Source of the DNA: Terrimicrobiaceae bacterium | Lineage (GTDB): Bacteria > Verrucomicrobiota > Verrucomicrobiia > Chthoniobacterales > Terrimicrobiaceae | Assembly (NCBI GenBank): GCA_041752695.1 | Contig: JBGSVZ010000120.1 | Span: forward strand, 1-15,192 | Direction of reading: 5' to 3' | DNA: 15,192 nucleotides | The notes under the pieces: model-generated | Seen by the model: the letters and a program-made list of their open reading frames with translations, nothing else | Database searches by the model: none | Told to the model about the DNA's origin: nothing | Made by a program: the position numbers and the translations under genes | In this document: positions 1 through 7,825 of the stretch, one piece after another | Numbering within the stretch: position 1 is the first letter of the stretch | How the letters are laid out: each line of letters opens with the position of its first letter

Positions 1-73
1 GGAACTTTTCACGCTTCGTTTGCTTCTTTTTCCCGCGGAACTCGTTCACCGCGAAGCTCAGTTGGCTTTCCAT
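1..73 (-). CDS. IS5-family transposase, N-terminal fragment (runs off the window)
   Basis: Manual translation from the ATG at 73 gives MESQLSFAVNEFRGKKKQTKREKF, matching the typical IS5 transposase N-terminus (Q-x-SFA-x-x-E-F/Y-x-x-K-K/R-K-x-T-R/K-RE-x-FL). It is not in the ORF track. Confidence 0.85.
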   Translation of the reverse strand, partial: MESQLSFAVNEFRGKKKQTKREKF

Positions 74-136
74 TCCCTCTTTTGCCTTTTTCCCTCTCCT
101 TTGGCAATCCCGACTGCCGATTAAATCAGCGTTTCC
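1..136 (-). mobile_element. IS5-family (IS5 subgroup) insertion sequence, left end only; the element continues beyond the window start
   Basis: The minus strand reads CTAA|GGAAACGCTGATTTAATC..., an IS5-subgroup-like terminal repeat ending at 136. It abuts TTAG (137-140), which matches the YTAR target preference. A transposase start lies 63 nt inside, and the flanking PIN gene is cut exactly here. Confidence 0.85.
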
Positions 137-367
137 TTAGACATTGGCCTCACCGTTGAAGAGTTTGCCTGCCGGATCGCGCGAACCGGGGTGTTGGAAT
201 TTGTGCCGGTTGACACTGAGCTTTGGATGGCAAATCTCCGGCTCAGTTGGGGGCATCGGGATCCGGCGGACCGCACCATTGTTGCGACCGCGCGACATTT
301 GAAAGTTCCGCTGCTGACCAAGGACGAGGTTATTCAGGCGTTTGCCCCGGCGAGGGCCATTTGGTGA
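137..367 (+). pseudogene. PIN-domain (VapC-like) toxin, 3' half, interrupted by the IS5 element
   Basis: Frame 2 reads LDIGLTVEEFACRIARTGVLEFVPVDTELWMANLRLSWGHRDPADRTIVATARHLKVPLLTKDEVIQAFAPARAIW*. It contains the PIN C-terminal motifs HRDPADR..IVATA and LLTKD. The N-terminal LDT motif is absent, and there is an in-frame TAA at 122-124 inside the IS end. Confidence 0.85.
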
Positions 368-368
368 G

Positions 369-2048
369 ATGATCAGTTTCCAGGAAAAAATCCGCGAGAC
401 CTACCGCCTCATCCGTGAGCGCGGGGACGACGGTGTCTGGCTGGCCCTTGTGCCCGAGGAAGAGGTGCTGGCGCGGGCCAGGGTTTTGGAAACCAGTGAT
501 CTGCCGTTGCGGGGGAAGACTTTTGCGGTAAAGGACAATATCGATGTGGCCGGCCTCCCCACCACCGCGGCCTGCCCGGAGTTTTCCTATCTCCCGGAGA
601 AGAATGCCTTTGTTGTCCAGCGCCTGCTCGACGCGGGTGCCATCGTGATTGGCAAAACAAATCTCGACCAATTCGCCACCGGCCTCAATGGCACGAGGAC
701 TCCGCACACCATTCCGCGCAACGCCTTCCATGCCGAATACATCAGCGGTGGATCGAGCTCGGGTTCAGCAATCGCGGTGGCCGTCGGTGAGGTGGATTTT
801 TCCCTTGGGACGGACACGGCGGGCTCCGGCCGGGTGCCGGCGGCGTTTAATAATCTCGTGGGCTTCAAGCCCACCAAGGGACGCTGGTCCACATCGGGCC
901 TCGTGCCCGCCTGCCGGTCGCTCGATTGCATCACCGTTTTTGCCAAGAACCTCGCAGAAGTCGTGGCGGTGGATCGTGCGGTTGCGGGTTTCGACGCGGC
1001 CGATCCGTATTCGCGGGTGGAGCCGGCCGGATTTCGACCGGTGAAAAAACGGCTGGCCGTCCTGCCGGAATCGCAGCGGGAATTTTTTGGCGATGCGGAA
1101 TGCGCCGCGCTTTACATTTCGGCGCTGGTCAAGGCGAAGACCCTCGGTTGGGAGTTGGTGGATTTTGACTACGAACCCTTTCTTTCTGCAGCTGCCTTGC
1201 TGTACAGCGGTCCCTGGGTGGCGGAGCGCCACGCCGCCTTGCGGGCATTTTTGGCGAACCATGCAGACGCCGTGCAGCCCGTGGTGCGGCAGATTGTGGA
1301 GGGCGCTGGAAAATTTTCCGCCACGAATGCGTTCGAGGCCCAATATCGTCTCGCCGCCCTGGTCCGGGAAACGGAGCCTCTTTGGCAGGATTGCGATGCC
1401 ATGGTGTTGCCCACGGCGGGAACAATTTACACGGTCGGCCAATTACAGGCCGATCCGATCGGGCTCAATTCGAATCTCGGACGCTACACCAACTTTGTGA
1501 ATCTGATGGATCTCTCTGCGGTCGCAGTGCCCGCGGGTTTTCGTCAGGACGGGCTGCCCTTTGGCGTCACGTTCGTCGCTCCGGCGTGGGCTGAAAATCT
1601 GCTTTTCGAGGTTGGGGCAGACTTTCTTGGAGAGGACCGGCCGGCGACTTCCCGGGGTGTCAAGGTGGCTGTGGTGGGTGCGCACCTCCGTGGTCAACCG
1701 CTAAACGGGCAGCTTCTTGGTCTGGGGGCGGTTTTTGTCGAGCAGTGCAGAACGGCCCCGATCTACCGCCTTTTCGCCCTGCCCGAAACGACACCTCCCA
1801 AACCCGGGATGGTGAGGCGCGAAAACGGAACCGCCATCGAGGTAGAAGTGTGGCAGCTCAGCGAGGTTGCTTTCGGGCGTTTTGTCGCGGCGATTCCAGG
1901 CCCGCTGGGAATTGGCTCGGTGGGGTTGGAATCCGGCGAAATGGTGAAGGGTTTTCTCTGCGAAGAATATGCGGTTAAAGGGGCTGAGGACATCAGCGGC
2001 TTTGGCGGCTGGCGGGGATATTTGCGAGAGTTCAATTCCGAAACTTGA
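369..2048 (+). CDS. atzF: Allophanate hydrolase (amidase-signature domain plus C-terminal domain)
   Basis: Motifs VKDNID, GKTNLDQFATGL, GGSSSGSA and GTDTAGSGRVPAAFN, plus the C-domain VVGAHLRGQPLN...GFLCE...FGGWRGYL. The ATG at 369 is preferred over 342, which would overlap the PIN frame. Confidence 0.93.
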   Translation: MISFQEKIRETYRLIRERGDDGVWLALVPEEEVLARARVLETSDLPLRGKTFAVKDNIDVAGLPTTAACPEFSYLPEKNAFVVQRLLDAGAIVIGKTNLDQFATGLNGTRTPHTIPRNAFHAEYISGGSSSGSAIAVAVGEVDFSLGTDTAGSGRVPAAFNNLVGFKPTKGRWSTSGLVPACRSLDCITVFAKNLAEVVAVDRAVAGFDAADPYSRVEPAGFRPVKKRLAVLPESQREFFGDAECAALYISALVKAKTLGWELVDFDYEPFLSAAALLYSGPWVAERHAALRAFLANHADAVQPVVRQIVEGAGKFSATNAFEAQYRLAALVRETEPLWQDCDAMVLPTAGTIYTVGQLQADPIGLNSNLGRYTNFVNLMDLSAVAVPAGFRQDGLPFGVTFVAPAWAENLLFEVGADFLGEDRPATSRGVKVAVVGAHLRGQPLNGQLLGLGAVFVEQCRTAPIYRLFALPETTPPKPGMVRRENGTAIEVEVWQLSEVAFGRFVAAIPGPLGIGSVGLESGEMVKGFLCEEYAVKGAEDISGFGGWRGYLREFNSET

Positions 2049-2095
2049 GCGTTCGGCGTTCGGCGTTGAGAGTTCAGCGTTACGCGCGAAGCGCG
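2040..2095 (+). repeat. Heptamer-array/hairpin element, copy A (right arm only)
   Basis: GAAACTT GAGCGTT CGGCGTT CGGCGTT GAGAGTT CAGCGTT (2040-2081), then A, then the hairpin CGCGC-GAA-GCGCG (2083-2095). Confidence 0.85.
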
Positions 2096-2103
2096 AAGAG
2101 TGG

Positions 2104-2137
2104 TTGTCTGTCGGGACGGACGCGGTATGCTTCCGCC
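2104..2137 (+). promoter_or_regulatory. Putative sigma70-type promoter for a leaderless pepF transcript
   Basis: TTGTCT (2104-2109), 16 nt, TATGCT (2126-2131), 6 nt, then ATG at 2138. No Shine-Dalgarno sequence. Confidence 0.55.
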
Positions 2138-3967
2138 ATGCCGTTTGTTCATCACACTGAAGCCGGGGGCGCTGCCCAAGGCGTGCCCATTCGTTCTGCT
2201 GTCCGCTTGGAAGATACCTGGGATCTGACTCCGCTTTATGCCTCGGAGGAGGCGTGGGAGGAGGATTTTCGCCTGCTGCAGGAGCGTTTTCCCAAGGTGG
2301 CGGAATTTCGGGGGAAGGCCGGGGAAAGCGCGGCGACGCTGCTGGAGGTTCTCGAGTTCGAAAAGAGTGTGGATATCCTGGTTGAAAAGCTCGGTCAATA
2401 CGCCTCGCTGCGCACGACGGAGGACAGTTCGGCCAATGAGGCCCTCGTCCGGGAAGGCAAGCTGGAAAGCCTTTTTGTGCGGGTGGGGGAGGCGTTTTCC
2501 TTTGTCGCGCCGGAATTGCAAGCCGTGCCGGACGAGGTGTTTGCGAGCTTTTTGGCCGACCCTCTACTGGCGGAATGGATCGTACCGCTGAAGAAACTTC
2601 GCCGACTGAAACCCCATACGCTTTCCGCGAATGAGGAACGATTGCTCGCTCTCGGATCCGCCGCAACGCGTGGGCACGGGGAGACGTTCTCCCAATTGAC
2701 GAATGTCGATATGAAGTTCGGCAAGGTGACGGACGGTAAAGGCCAGGAGCGCGAGCTGACGCAGAGTTCGTTCTCTTCGTTTCTTCAACAGCGGGATCCC
2801 GCGGTGCGGCGTGAGGCGTTTCATAAATTCTACGCCGAATTTAGGGACCACCAATTTACGATCGCCTCGTCCTATACGAATTCTGTGCGCGCCGACGTGT
2901 TTTACGCCCGGGCGCGGAATTATTCCTCGGCGATCGAGGCGGCGCTCTTCCGGGACGACGTGCCGCTAAGCGTGTATGACAATTTGATCTCGACGGTGCG
3001 AGAACACCTCCCGCCCCTTTATCGGTATTTCGATCTTCGCAAACGTGTGTTGGGGCTGGATGCAATTCACCATTACGACACCTACGTTCCGATGGTTAAT
3101 GATGTACATACCGATGTCCCATGGGATGGCGCGGTGGACCATGTGCTTTCCGCGCTGACCCCCCTGGGTGACGAATACCTTGCCACGCTTGGCCATGGGC
3201 TGCGGGGAGGGCGTTGGTGTGACCGTTACGAAAACAAGGGCAAACGCAGTGGAGCCTTCAGTTCGGGCACGTTCTCAAGCCCGCCCTACATCATGATGAA
3301 CTATAAGCCGGACGTGTTCTCTGATGTTTACACCCTGGCTCACGAAGCGGGGCATTCGATGCACACGTGGTATGCCACGCGCTCGCAGAACTTTCAGACC
3401 TACCATTATCCGATCTTTCTCGCGGAAGTGGCTTCCACCTTTAATGAGATTCTCCTGACCGAGCATCTCCTGAAAACCACCGATGACCGCCGGATGAAGG
3501 CCTACATCATCAACCGGCAGATTGACGACCTGCGCGGCACGCTTTATCGGCAGACCATGTTCGCGGAGTTTGAAAAGGCCGCCCATGCCGCCGAGGAGGC
3601 CGGTGAGGCGTTCACGCTCGACACGTTCAAACGCATCTATCGCGGCCTGCTCGATACCTATTTCGGCCCGAATTTTACGGTCGATCAGGAGTTGGAGCTC
3701 GAATGCCTGCGCATTCCCCATTTTTACGGCGCGTTTTACGTTTATAAATACGCGACGGGCATCTCAGCCGCGGCGGCTTTGGCGGATCAGGTCCTGGCCA
3801 GCGGGGATGCGACAAAATATTTGGATTTTCTCCGCAGCGGGGGAAGTCGTTTCCCCATCGAAACCCTGGCGGAGGCGGGAGTGGACATGAGTTCACCGGC
3901 CCCGGTGGCGGCCGCGCTGGCGCTCTTTGAGCGGCGGGTCGGCGAATTGGAGGAATTGCTTGGGTGA
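2138..3967 (+). CDS. pepF: Oligoendopeptidase F (M3B zinc peptidase)
   Basis: N-terminal TWDLTPLY, NKGKRSGAFS, zinc motif TLAHEAGHSMH, FLAEVAST, RQTMFAEFE and IPHFYGAFYVYKYATG. Start set at the ATG at 2138, because the upstream extension only translates repeat DNA. Confidence 0.95.
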   Translation: MPFVHHTEAGGAAQGVPIRSAVRLEDTWDLTPLYASEEAWEEDFRLLQERFPKVAEFRGKAGESAATLLEVLEFEKSVDILVEKLGQYASLRTTEDSSANEALVREGKLESLFVRVGEAFSFVAPELQAVPDEVFASFLADPLLAEWIVPLKKLRRLKPHTLSANEERLLALGSAATRGHGETFSQLTNVDMKFGKVTDGKGQERELTQSSFSSFLQQRDPAVRREAFHKFYAEFRDHQFTIASSYTNSVRADVFYARARNYSSAIEAALFRDDVPLSVYDNLISTVREHLPPLYRYFDLRKRVLGLDAIHHYDTYVPMVNDVHTDVPWDGAVDHVLSALTPLGDEYLATLGHGLRGGRWCDRYENKGKRSGAFSSGTFSSPPYIMMNYKPDVFSDVYTLAHEAGHSMHTWYATRSQNFQTYHYPIFLAEVASTFNEILLTEHLLKTTDDRRMKAYIINRQIDDLRGTLYRQTMFAEFEKAAHAAEEAGEAFTLDTFKRIYRGLLDTYFGPNFTVDQELELECLRIPHFYGAFYVYKYATGISAAAALADQVLASGDATKYLDFLRSGGSRFPIETLAEAGVDMSSPAPVAAALALFERRVGELEELLG

Positions 3968-3973
3968 ACGAAC

Positions 3974-3999
3974 GGACGGCACCGGTGTGCCGCCCCTAC
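3974..3999 (-). repeat. GTAG-type REP-like palindrome
   Basis: The minus strand reads GTAG-GGGCGGCAC-ACCG-GTGCCGTCC: a GTAG foot plus a 9-bp stem with one G.T mismatch. It lies between pepF and the dehydrogenase. Only one copy is in the window. Confidence 0.55.
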
Positions 4000-4012
4000 C
4001 GGAGCGACCGTT

Positions 4013-5392
4013 ATGAATAACTTTTTGGTTTGGCGAAATAAAAGCCCCGGCGATCTGTCGGACGAACTTCCCGAGGTTGCCTCAGGGGACGCCGGCGCCT
4101 CTGTTGCCCGGGCGAAAACCGCCTATGCGGATTGGCGGGCGTGCAGCCTCGACGAGCGCAAGGCGGCCTTGCGCGCCTGCCGCGATCAATTGGCCGCGAA
4201 ACAAGAGGATCTCGCCCAGCTCATCGCGCGCGAAATGGGCAAGCCGCTGCGCGAGGCCCGGCTCGAACTCGGCGCGGTGCTGGCGAAATTCGATTTGAGT
4301 TTCGCAGATGCGGATCGGTTTGTCGCCGAACAGCCCGTCGAGGACGGGCCTCATCCCGCCTCGGTGCGGCGGCGATCGCGGGGCGTGGCGGCGGTGATTG
4401 CGCCGTTTAATTTTCCCATTCACCTCGGTCATGGAGCGGCACTCGGGTATTTGCTGGCCGGCAATACGGTGGTCTTCAAACCGTCCCCCCTCACGGCGAA
4501 TGTGGGTGCGGCGTATGTCGCAGAAATGCAGGCGGCGCTCCCGGCGGGGGTTTTTGAGTTACTGCAAGGGTGGGGGGAGACGGGCCGCACTCTTTGTCTG
4601 CATCCCGATGTGCGTTCGGTTTGTTTTACCGGTTCTGTTCCGGTGGGAACGGCTCTGGCCCGCGAACTTGCGGCGGATTATTCGAAATCGCTCGCCTTGG
4701 AACTGGGCGGGAAAAATAGTCTGATCGTCTGCGAAGATGCCGACCTCGATCACGCGGCGACCGCGGCCGCGGACGGTCTGTGCCTCACGGCCGGACAAAG
4801 GTGCAATGCGACCAGCCGGATCCTGGTGCAGCGCAAGGTTGTCCAGGCGTTTGGAGAGCGTTTGATCACTTCGCTCGAGCGATACCTTCCGGATTATCCT
4901 CTCAACGAGGGCACTTTGCTGGGGCCGCTCGCCACCGCGGCGGCGTTGGAACGGTTCCGGGGCTTTCTCGGACGGACGGACGGGCGCTGGCTGCAACGCG
5001 GCGAGGTGCTCGAGGACGTGGAAGGGCGGCGTGGGTATTATGTCCGGCCGGCCGTTTTGGAAGTCGAGGAAGGCGTTGCGCCGACGGAAGCAGAAACCTT
5101 TTCCCCGTTTGCCACGCTGGAAGGTTTCGACGATGACACGGATGCCGTGCGGCGTCAGGCGCTGACCCCTTACGGTCTCACCGCGTCCATTTTCACGGCC
5201 TCCGGCGCGACCTTTCGCCACATCGGCGATCAACTCGAAGTGGGGAACCTTTACCACAATTTGCCCACGACGTTTTCCCCTTCCACGCTCCCCTTTGGCG
5301 GGCTGGGTGCGTCGGGCAATGGCAAACCGGGCGGACGGGGATTTGTGAGGTTTGCCGGCGACGAGCAGGCGGTGCAGTGGCTCCGCCAATGA
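4013..5392 (+). CDS. NAD(P)-dependent aldehyde dehydrogenase, succinylglutamate-semialdehyde dehydrogenase (AstD)-like
   Basis: Motifs APFNFPIHL, GNTVVFKPS, FTGS, LALELGGKN (catalytic Glu), AGQRC (catalytic Cys) and LPFGGLGASGN. The NFP-x-HL and PFGG-x-GASGN motifs resemble AstD, but the substrate is unproven. Confidence 0.85.
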   Translation: MNNFLVWRNKSPGDLSDELPEVASGDAGASVARAKTAYADWRACSLDERKAALRACRDQLAAKQEDLAQLIAREMGKPLREARLELGAVLAKFDLSFADADRFVAEQPVEDGPHPASVRRRSRGVAAVIAPFNFPIHLGHGAALGYLLAGNTVVFKPSPLTANVGAAYVAEMQAALPAGVFELLQGWGETGRTLCLHPDVRSVCFTGSVPVGTALARELAADYSKSLALELGGKNSLIVCEDADLDHAATAAADGLCLTAGQRCNATSRILVQRKVVQAFGERLITSLERYLPDYPLNEGTLLGPLATAAALERFRGFLGRTDGRWLQRGEVLEDVEGRRGYYVRPAVLEVEEGVAPTEAETFSPFATLEGFDDDTDAVRRQALTPYGLTASIFTASGATFRHIGDQLEVGNLYHNLPTTFSPSTLPFGGLGASGNGKPGGRGFVRFAGDEQAVQWLRQ

Positions 5393-5422
5393 CCGATGAC
5401 CATCCACTAATGACTAAGTCAT
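5388..5422. repeat. Degenerate heptamer run (AATGACY type) ending in a 13-bp palindrome
   Basis: AATGACC GATGACC ATCCACT AATGACT AAGTCAT. The palindrome ATGACT-A-AGTCAT at 5410-5422 overlaps the kinase start codon. Confidence 0.5.
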
Positions 5423-6587
5423 GAAACGCGGATTTCTCGAAAAACTGATCGAGCGCATTGGACTCGTCCAACCGGGCGATGTGCAGAATTATCTCGTCGA
5501 GATCGCGCGGGAAAAGGGGTTTCTCGAAACCATCTTCAACGTGATTTTGGAAGGGGTAATCGTGACCGATGCGGCGGGGCGTGTCATTTATCTCAATCGC
5601 GCGGCTTGTGGATTTTTTGGCATCAACGCGGAAATCAGCCTTGGCAAACCGCTGGGACAGGTGGTGCGCGGGCTCGACTTGAGCCAATTCCCGGGATCAA
5701 GCGAGGTAGTTAGCCGCGACCTTGAGGTCTTCTATCCGGAAAATCGGTATTTGAATTTTTACGTGGTGCCGCTGATGAGTGAGGACGAGCAGGGCGAGGC
5801 GGCGGGCCGTGCGGTGATTTTGCGCGACATCACCCAAAACCGCCGGGCGACCCAGGAGACGATTGAGAGCGAACGTTTTTCCGCTCTGACGCTTCTGGCG
5901 GCGGGAGTGGCTCACGAGATTGGCAACCCGCTGAACTCGCTCGATATTCACCTCCAGCTCATGCAGCGACGCGTGAAAAAACTTCCGGCGAAAACCCGGG
6001 GTGAGTTCGAAGAATCCATCGCGGTGGCCCGGCAGGAAGTTGGCCGGCTGGACCACATCATCACCCAGTTTCTCCGGGCGATTCGTCCGCAGCCCCTCGA
6101 GCCACGGATGGAAAGCCTCAACGCCATCGTCGGGGAATCCGTCTCGTTTCTGGAGGCGGAGATTCACGACCGAGACATCCTCGTCGAAGTCGAACTCGAT
6201 AAATCCCTGCCGCCCATCGAGGTGGACCGCGACCAGATTAAACAGGCGATTTACAATGTGATTCGCAATGCGTTTCAGGCGATGAAAAGCGGGGGATTCC
6301 TGCGCATACGGTCGGGGGCGGACGAGACTCACCAATTTATTTCCTTCGCGGACACGGGTGGGGGCATTGCCGCCGAAAATATTAGTCGGGTTTTCGAGCC
6401 TTATTTTACCACCAAGTCCAGCGGTTCCGGCCTGGGTTTGCTGATTGTGCGCCGCATTATTCGGGCGCATGGCGGGGAGGTGGCCATCGAAAGTGCGCAG
6501 GGACGGGGCCTGACCCTGACCATTCGGCTGCCGCGGGCGGATAAACGCGTCCGGTTCCTTGAGGCCCCGGGCGCGCAAAGCGCGTAG
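5421..6587 (+). CDS. Cytoplasmic PAS-domain sensor histidine kinase (NtrB-like)
   Basis: PAS-like EGVIVTD...YLNRAA, H-box VAHEIGNPL, N-box NVIRNAFQAM, DTGGGI, FEPYFTTK and GSGLGL. No transmembrane segment is apparent. Confidence 0.92.
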   Translation: MKRGFLEKLIERIGLVQPGDVQNYLVEIAREKGFLETIFNVILEGVIVTDAAGRVIYLNRAACGFFGINAEISLGKPLGQVVRGLDLSQFPGSSEVVSRDLEVFYPENRYLNFYVVPLMSEDEQGEAAGRAVILRDITQNRRATQETIESERFSALTLLAAGVAHEIGNPLNSLDIHLQLMQRRVKKLPAKTRGEFEESIAVARQEVGRLDHIITQFLRAIRPQPLEPRMESLNAIVGESVSFLEAEIHDRDILVEVELDKSLPPIEVDRDQIKQAIYNVIRNAFQAMKSGGFLRIRSGADETHQFISFADTGGGIAAENISRVFEPYFTTKSSGSGLGLLIVRRIIRAHGGEVAIESAQGRGLTLTIRLPRADKRVRFLEAPGAQSA

Positions 6588-6720
6588 CTCTCAACTCCCA
6601 ACCGCGAACGTTCAAGTTGGGCGTTCAGAGCGAAGCGCCGAATGTTGCGTGCCCGACAAAACTTCGACGTTCAGCGTTGAGCGTTCGGCGTTCAACGTTA
6701 CGCGCGAGGCGCGAGGCGCG
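6572..6720. repeat. Heptamer-array/hairpin element, copy B (both arms)
   Basis: Left cap CGCGC-AAA-GCGCG (6572-6584), degenerate AAC-type units (6586-6613), a core containing GTTGCGTGCCCG (6644-6655), then AAAACTT CGACGTT CAGCGTT GAGCGTT CGGCGTT CAACGTT (6658-6699), A, and CGCGC-GAG-GCGCG (6701-6713) with a duplicated AGGCGCG. Confidence 0.85.
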
Positions 6721-6724
6721 CGGG

Positions 6725-7825
6725 TCACTTTTCCTCGGGCATGGGCGGCGGAAGGGTCTTTGTTTCGGAAGGCAGGGCGGGAAGACGTTTCCGGCGGAAG
6801 GCATCCCAATGTGGCAGCAGGCGATGAAAAAGTTTTTTCGTTTCCGAGATCGGCGCGTCCTCGATGAAGTACGCGATGGCAGCCCGGCCCACCGCATAGG
6901 TTCCCGCTCCGGCCACCATCCCGGAAACAGCGTTGCCCCAGAGGGGCACGATCTTGACGAGGGCGCGCGCGCCTTCCCGGAAAATGATTCCCGCGCCGAT
7001 ATTGATCCCCAGCGCGCCAAGAAATTCGCCGAAAAGCCGCGGGCTCACCGGTTTGCCCGTGGTGTAAATCACCAAGCCCACCATGAGCGATTGCAAGGCC
7101 GTGAGGATGGGCATGTCGGCCAGCGGAATGGGTTGGAGGCCGATCACCCCGCAGACGGCTGTAAAGGATTTCAGCAGCGAACCGGCGATTTGCGCCTGAG
7201 CGCCTTTGGCCCCGCTGAGGCGGGCAAATTCCAGCCGGGCGGCATTGGGTAGCAACGCGCATAGGGCTTCGGGCACGGAATCGCCCGCGGCGGGAGAGCA
7301 CACGGTATTTTTCCGCAGGGAGAAGTCCCGATCGGCGCTCAGGAGGGCGGCCAATCGGGCACGGGCGGAATCTCCGCCCATTGCTACGCCGACCAGGGGC
7401 AGGTCCGGTCCGCAGGCGGCAAGGCGCATCGCGGCGGTTTCGAGTGACGAATCCTCACTTTGGGCTTCTCGGATGAGCACGGCCACATCCGGAGCCAAGT
7501 GGGACCGGGCGGCCTCGAAGACCGCTTCCGGTGTGTCCGTGCGGGCGTCCAGAATCTGGATCGCCCCGCGTCCGGAAACATGATAGAGGCGCCATCCGTT
7601 CTCCGCCTCGCCGGTTTCGACCGTGATCCCGGCGATGGTATGCAGAAATTCCGGCACGCTTTTTCCGGGTGAACCCAGAAGCAGAACACGGGCGGGGCGT
7701 TGCTCGAGGAACAGTTCCCGGATGGGGACGAGTTCCCGCAGGATGGGCTTCTGCAGACCACCGGGAAGTTTCTCCACCAGACCCGTGAAGCGGTCGTAGA
7801 GCGTTACGAGAGTGTCACGGTTCAA
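6725..7825 (-). CDS. DUF697/YcjF-family protein with a degenerate N-terminal GTPase-like domain
   Basis: C-terminal IGLQPIPLADMPILTALQSLMV...KIVPLWGNAVSGMVAGAGTYAVGRAAIAYF is characteristic of DUF697. The N-terminal RVLLLGSPGKS looks like a P-loop relic. The TTG start overlaps the bcp stop. Confidence 0.75.
   Translation of the reverse strand: MNRDTLVTLYDRFTGLVEKLPGGLQKPILRELVPIRELFLEQRPARVLLLGSPGKSVPEFLHTIAGITVETGEAENGWRLYHVSGRGAIQILDARTDTPEAVFEAARSHLAPDVAVLIREAQSEDSSLETAAMRLAACGPDLPLVGVAMGGDSARARLAALLSADRDFSLRKNTVCSPAAGDSVPEALCALLPNAARLEFARLSGAKGAQAQIAGSLLKSFTAVCGVIGLQPIPLADMPILTALQSLMVGLVIYTTGKPVSPRLFGEFLGALGINIGAGIIFREGARALVKIVPLWGNAVSGMVAGAGTYAVGRAAIAYFIEDAPISETKKLFHRLLPHWDAFRRKRLPALPSETKTLPPPMPEEK

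Noticed and set aside
2..124. Plus-strand open frame ELFTLRLLLF... as a transposase C-terminus or PIN N-terminus
   Set aside because: It ends in TAA at 122-124 and has no PIN motif. The opposite strand gives a clear IS5 transposase N-terminus.
2045..2137. N-terminal extension of PepF (MSVRRSALRVQR...)
   Set aside because: It translates repeat copy A and the putative promoter. The ATG at 2138 is the better start.
5697..6578. Long antisense or alternative-frame ORFs (also 4559-5407, 12290-13000, 13043-13855, 13852-14565)
   Set aside because: Expected shadows of well-supported genes in high-GC DNA.
6588..6724. Canonical Rho-independent terminators between convergent genes (also 9605-9856)
   Set aside because: Hairpins are present but have no adjoining U-tract, so they are annotated as repeat elements instead.
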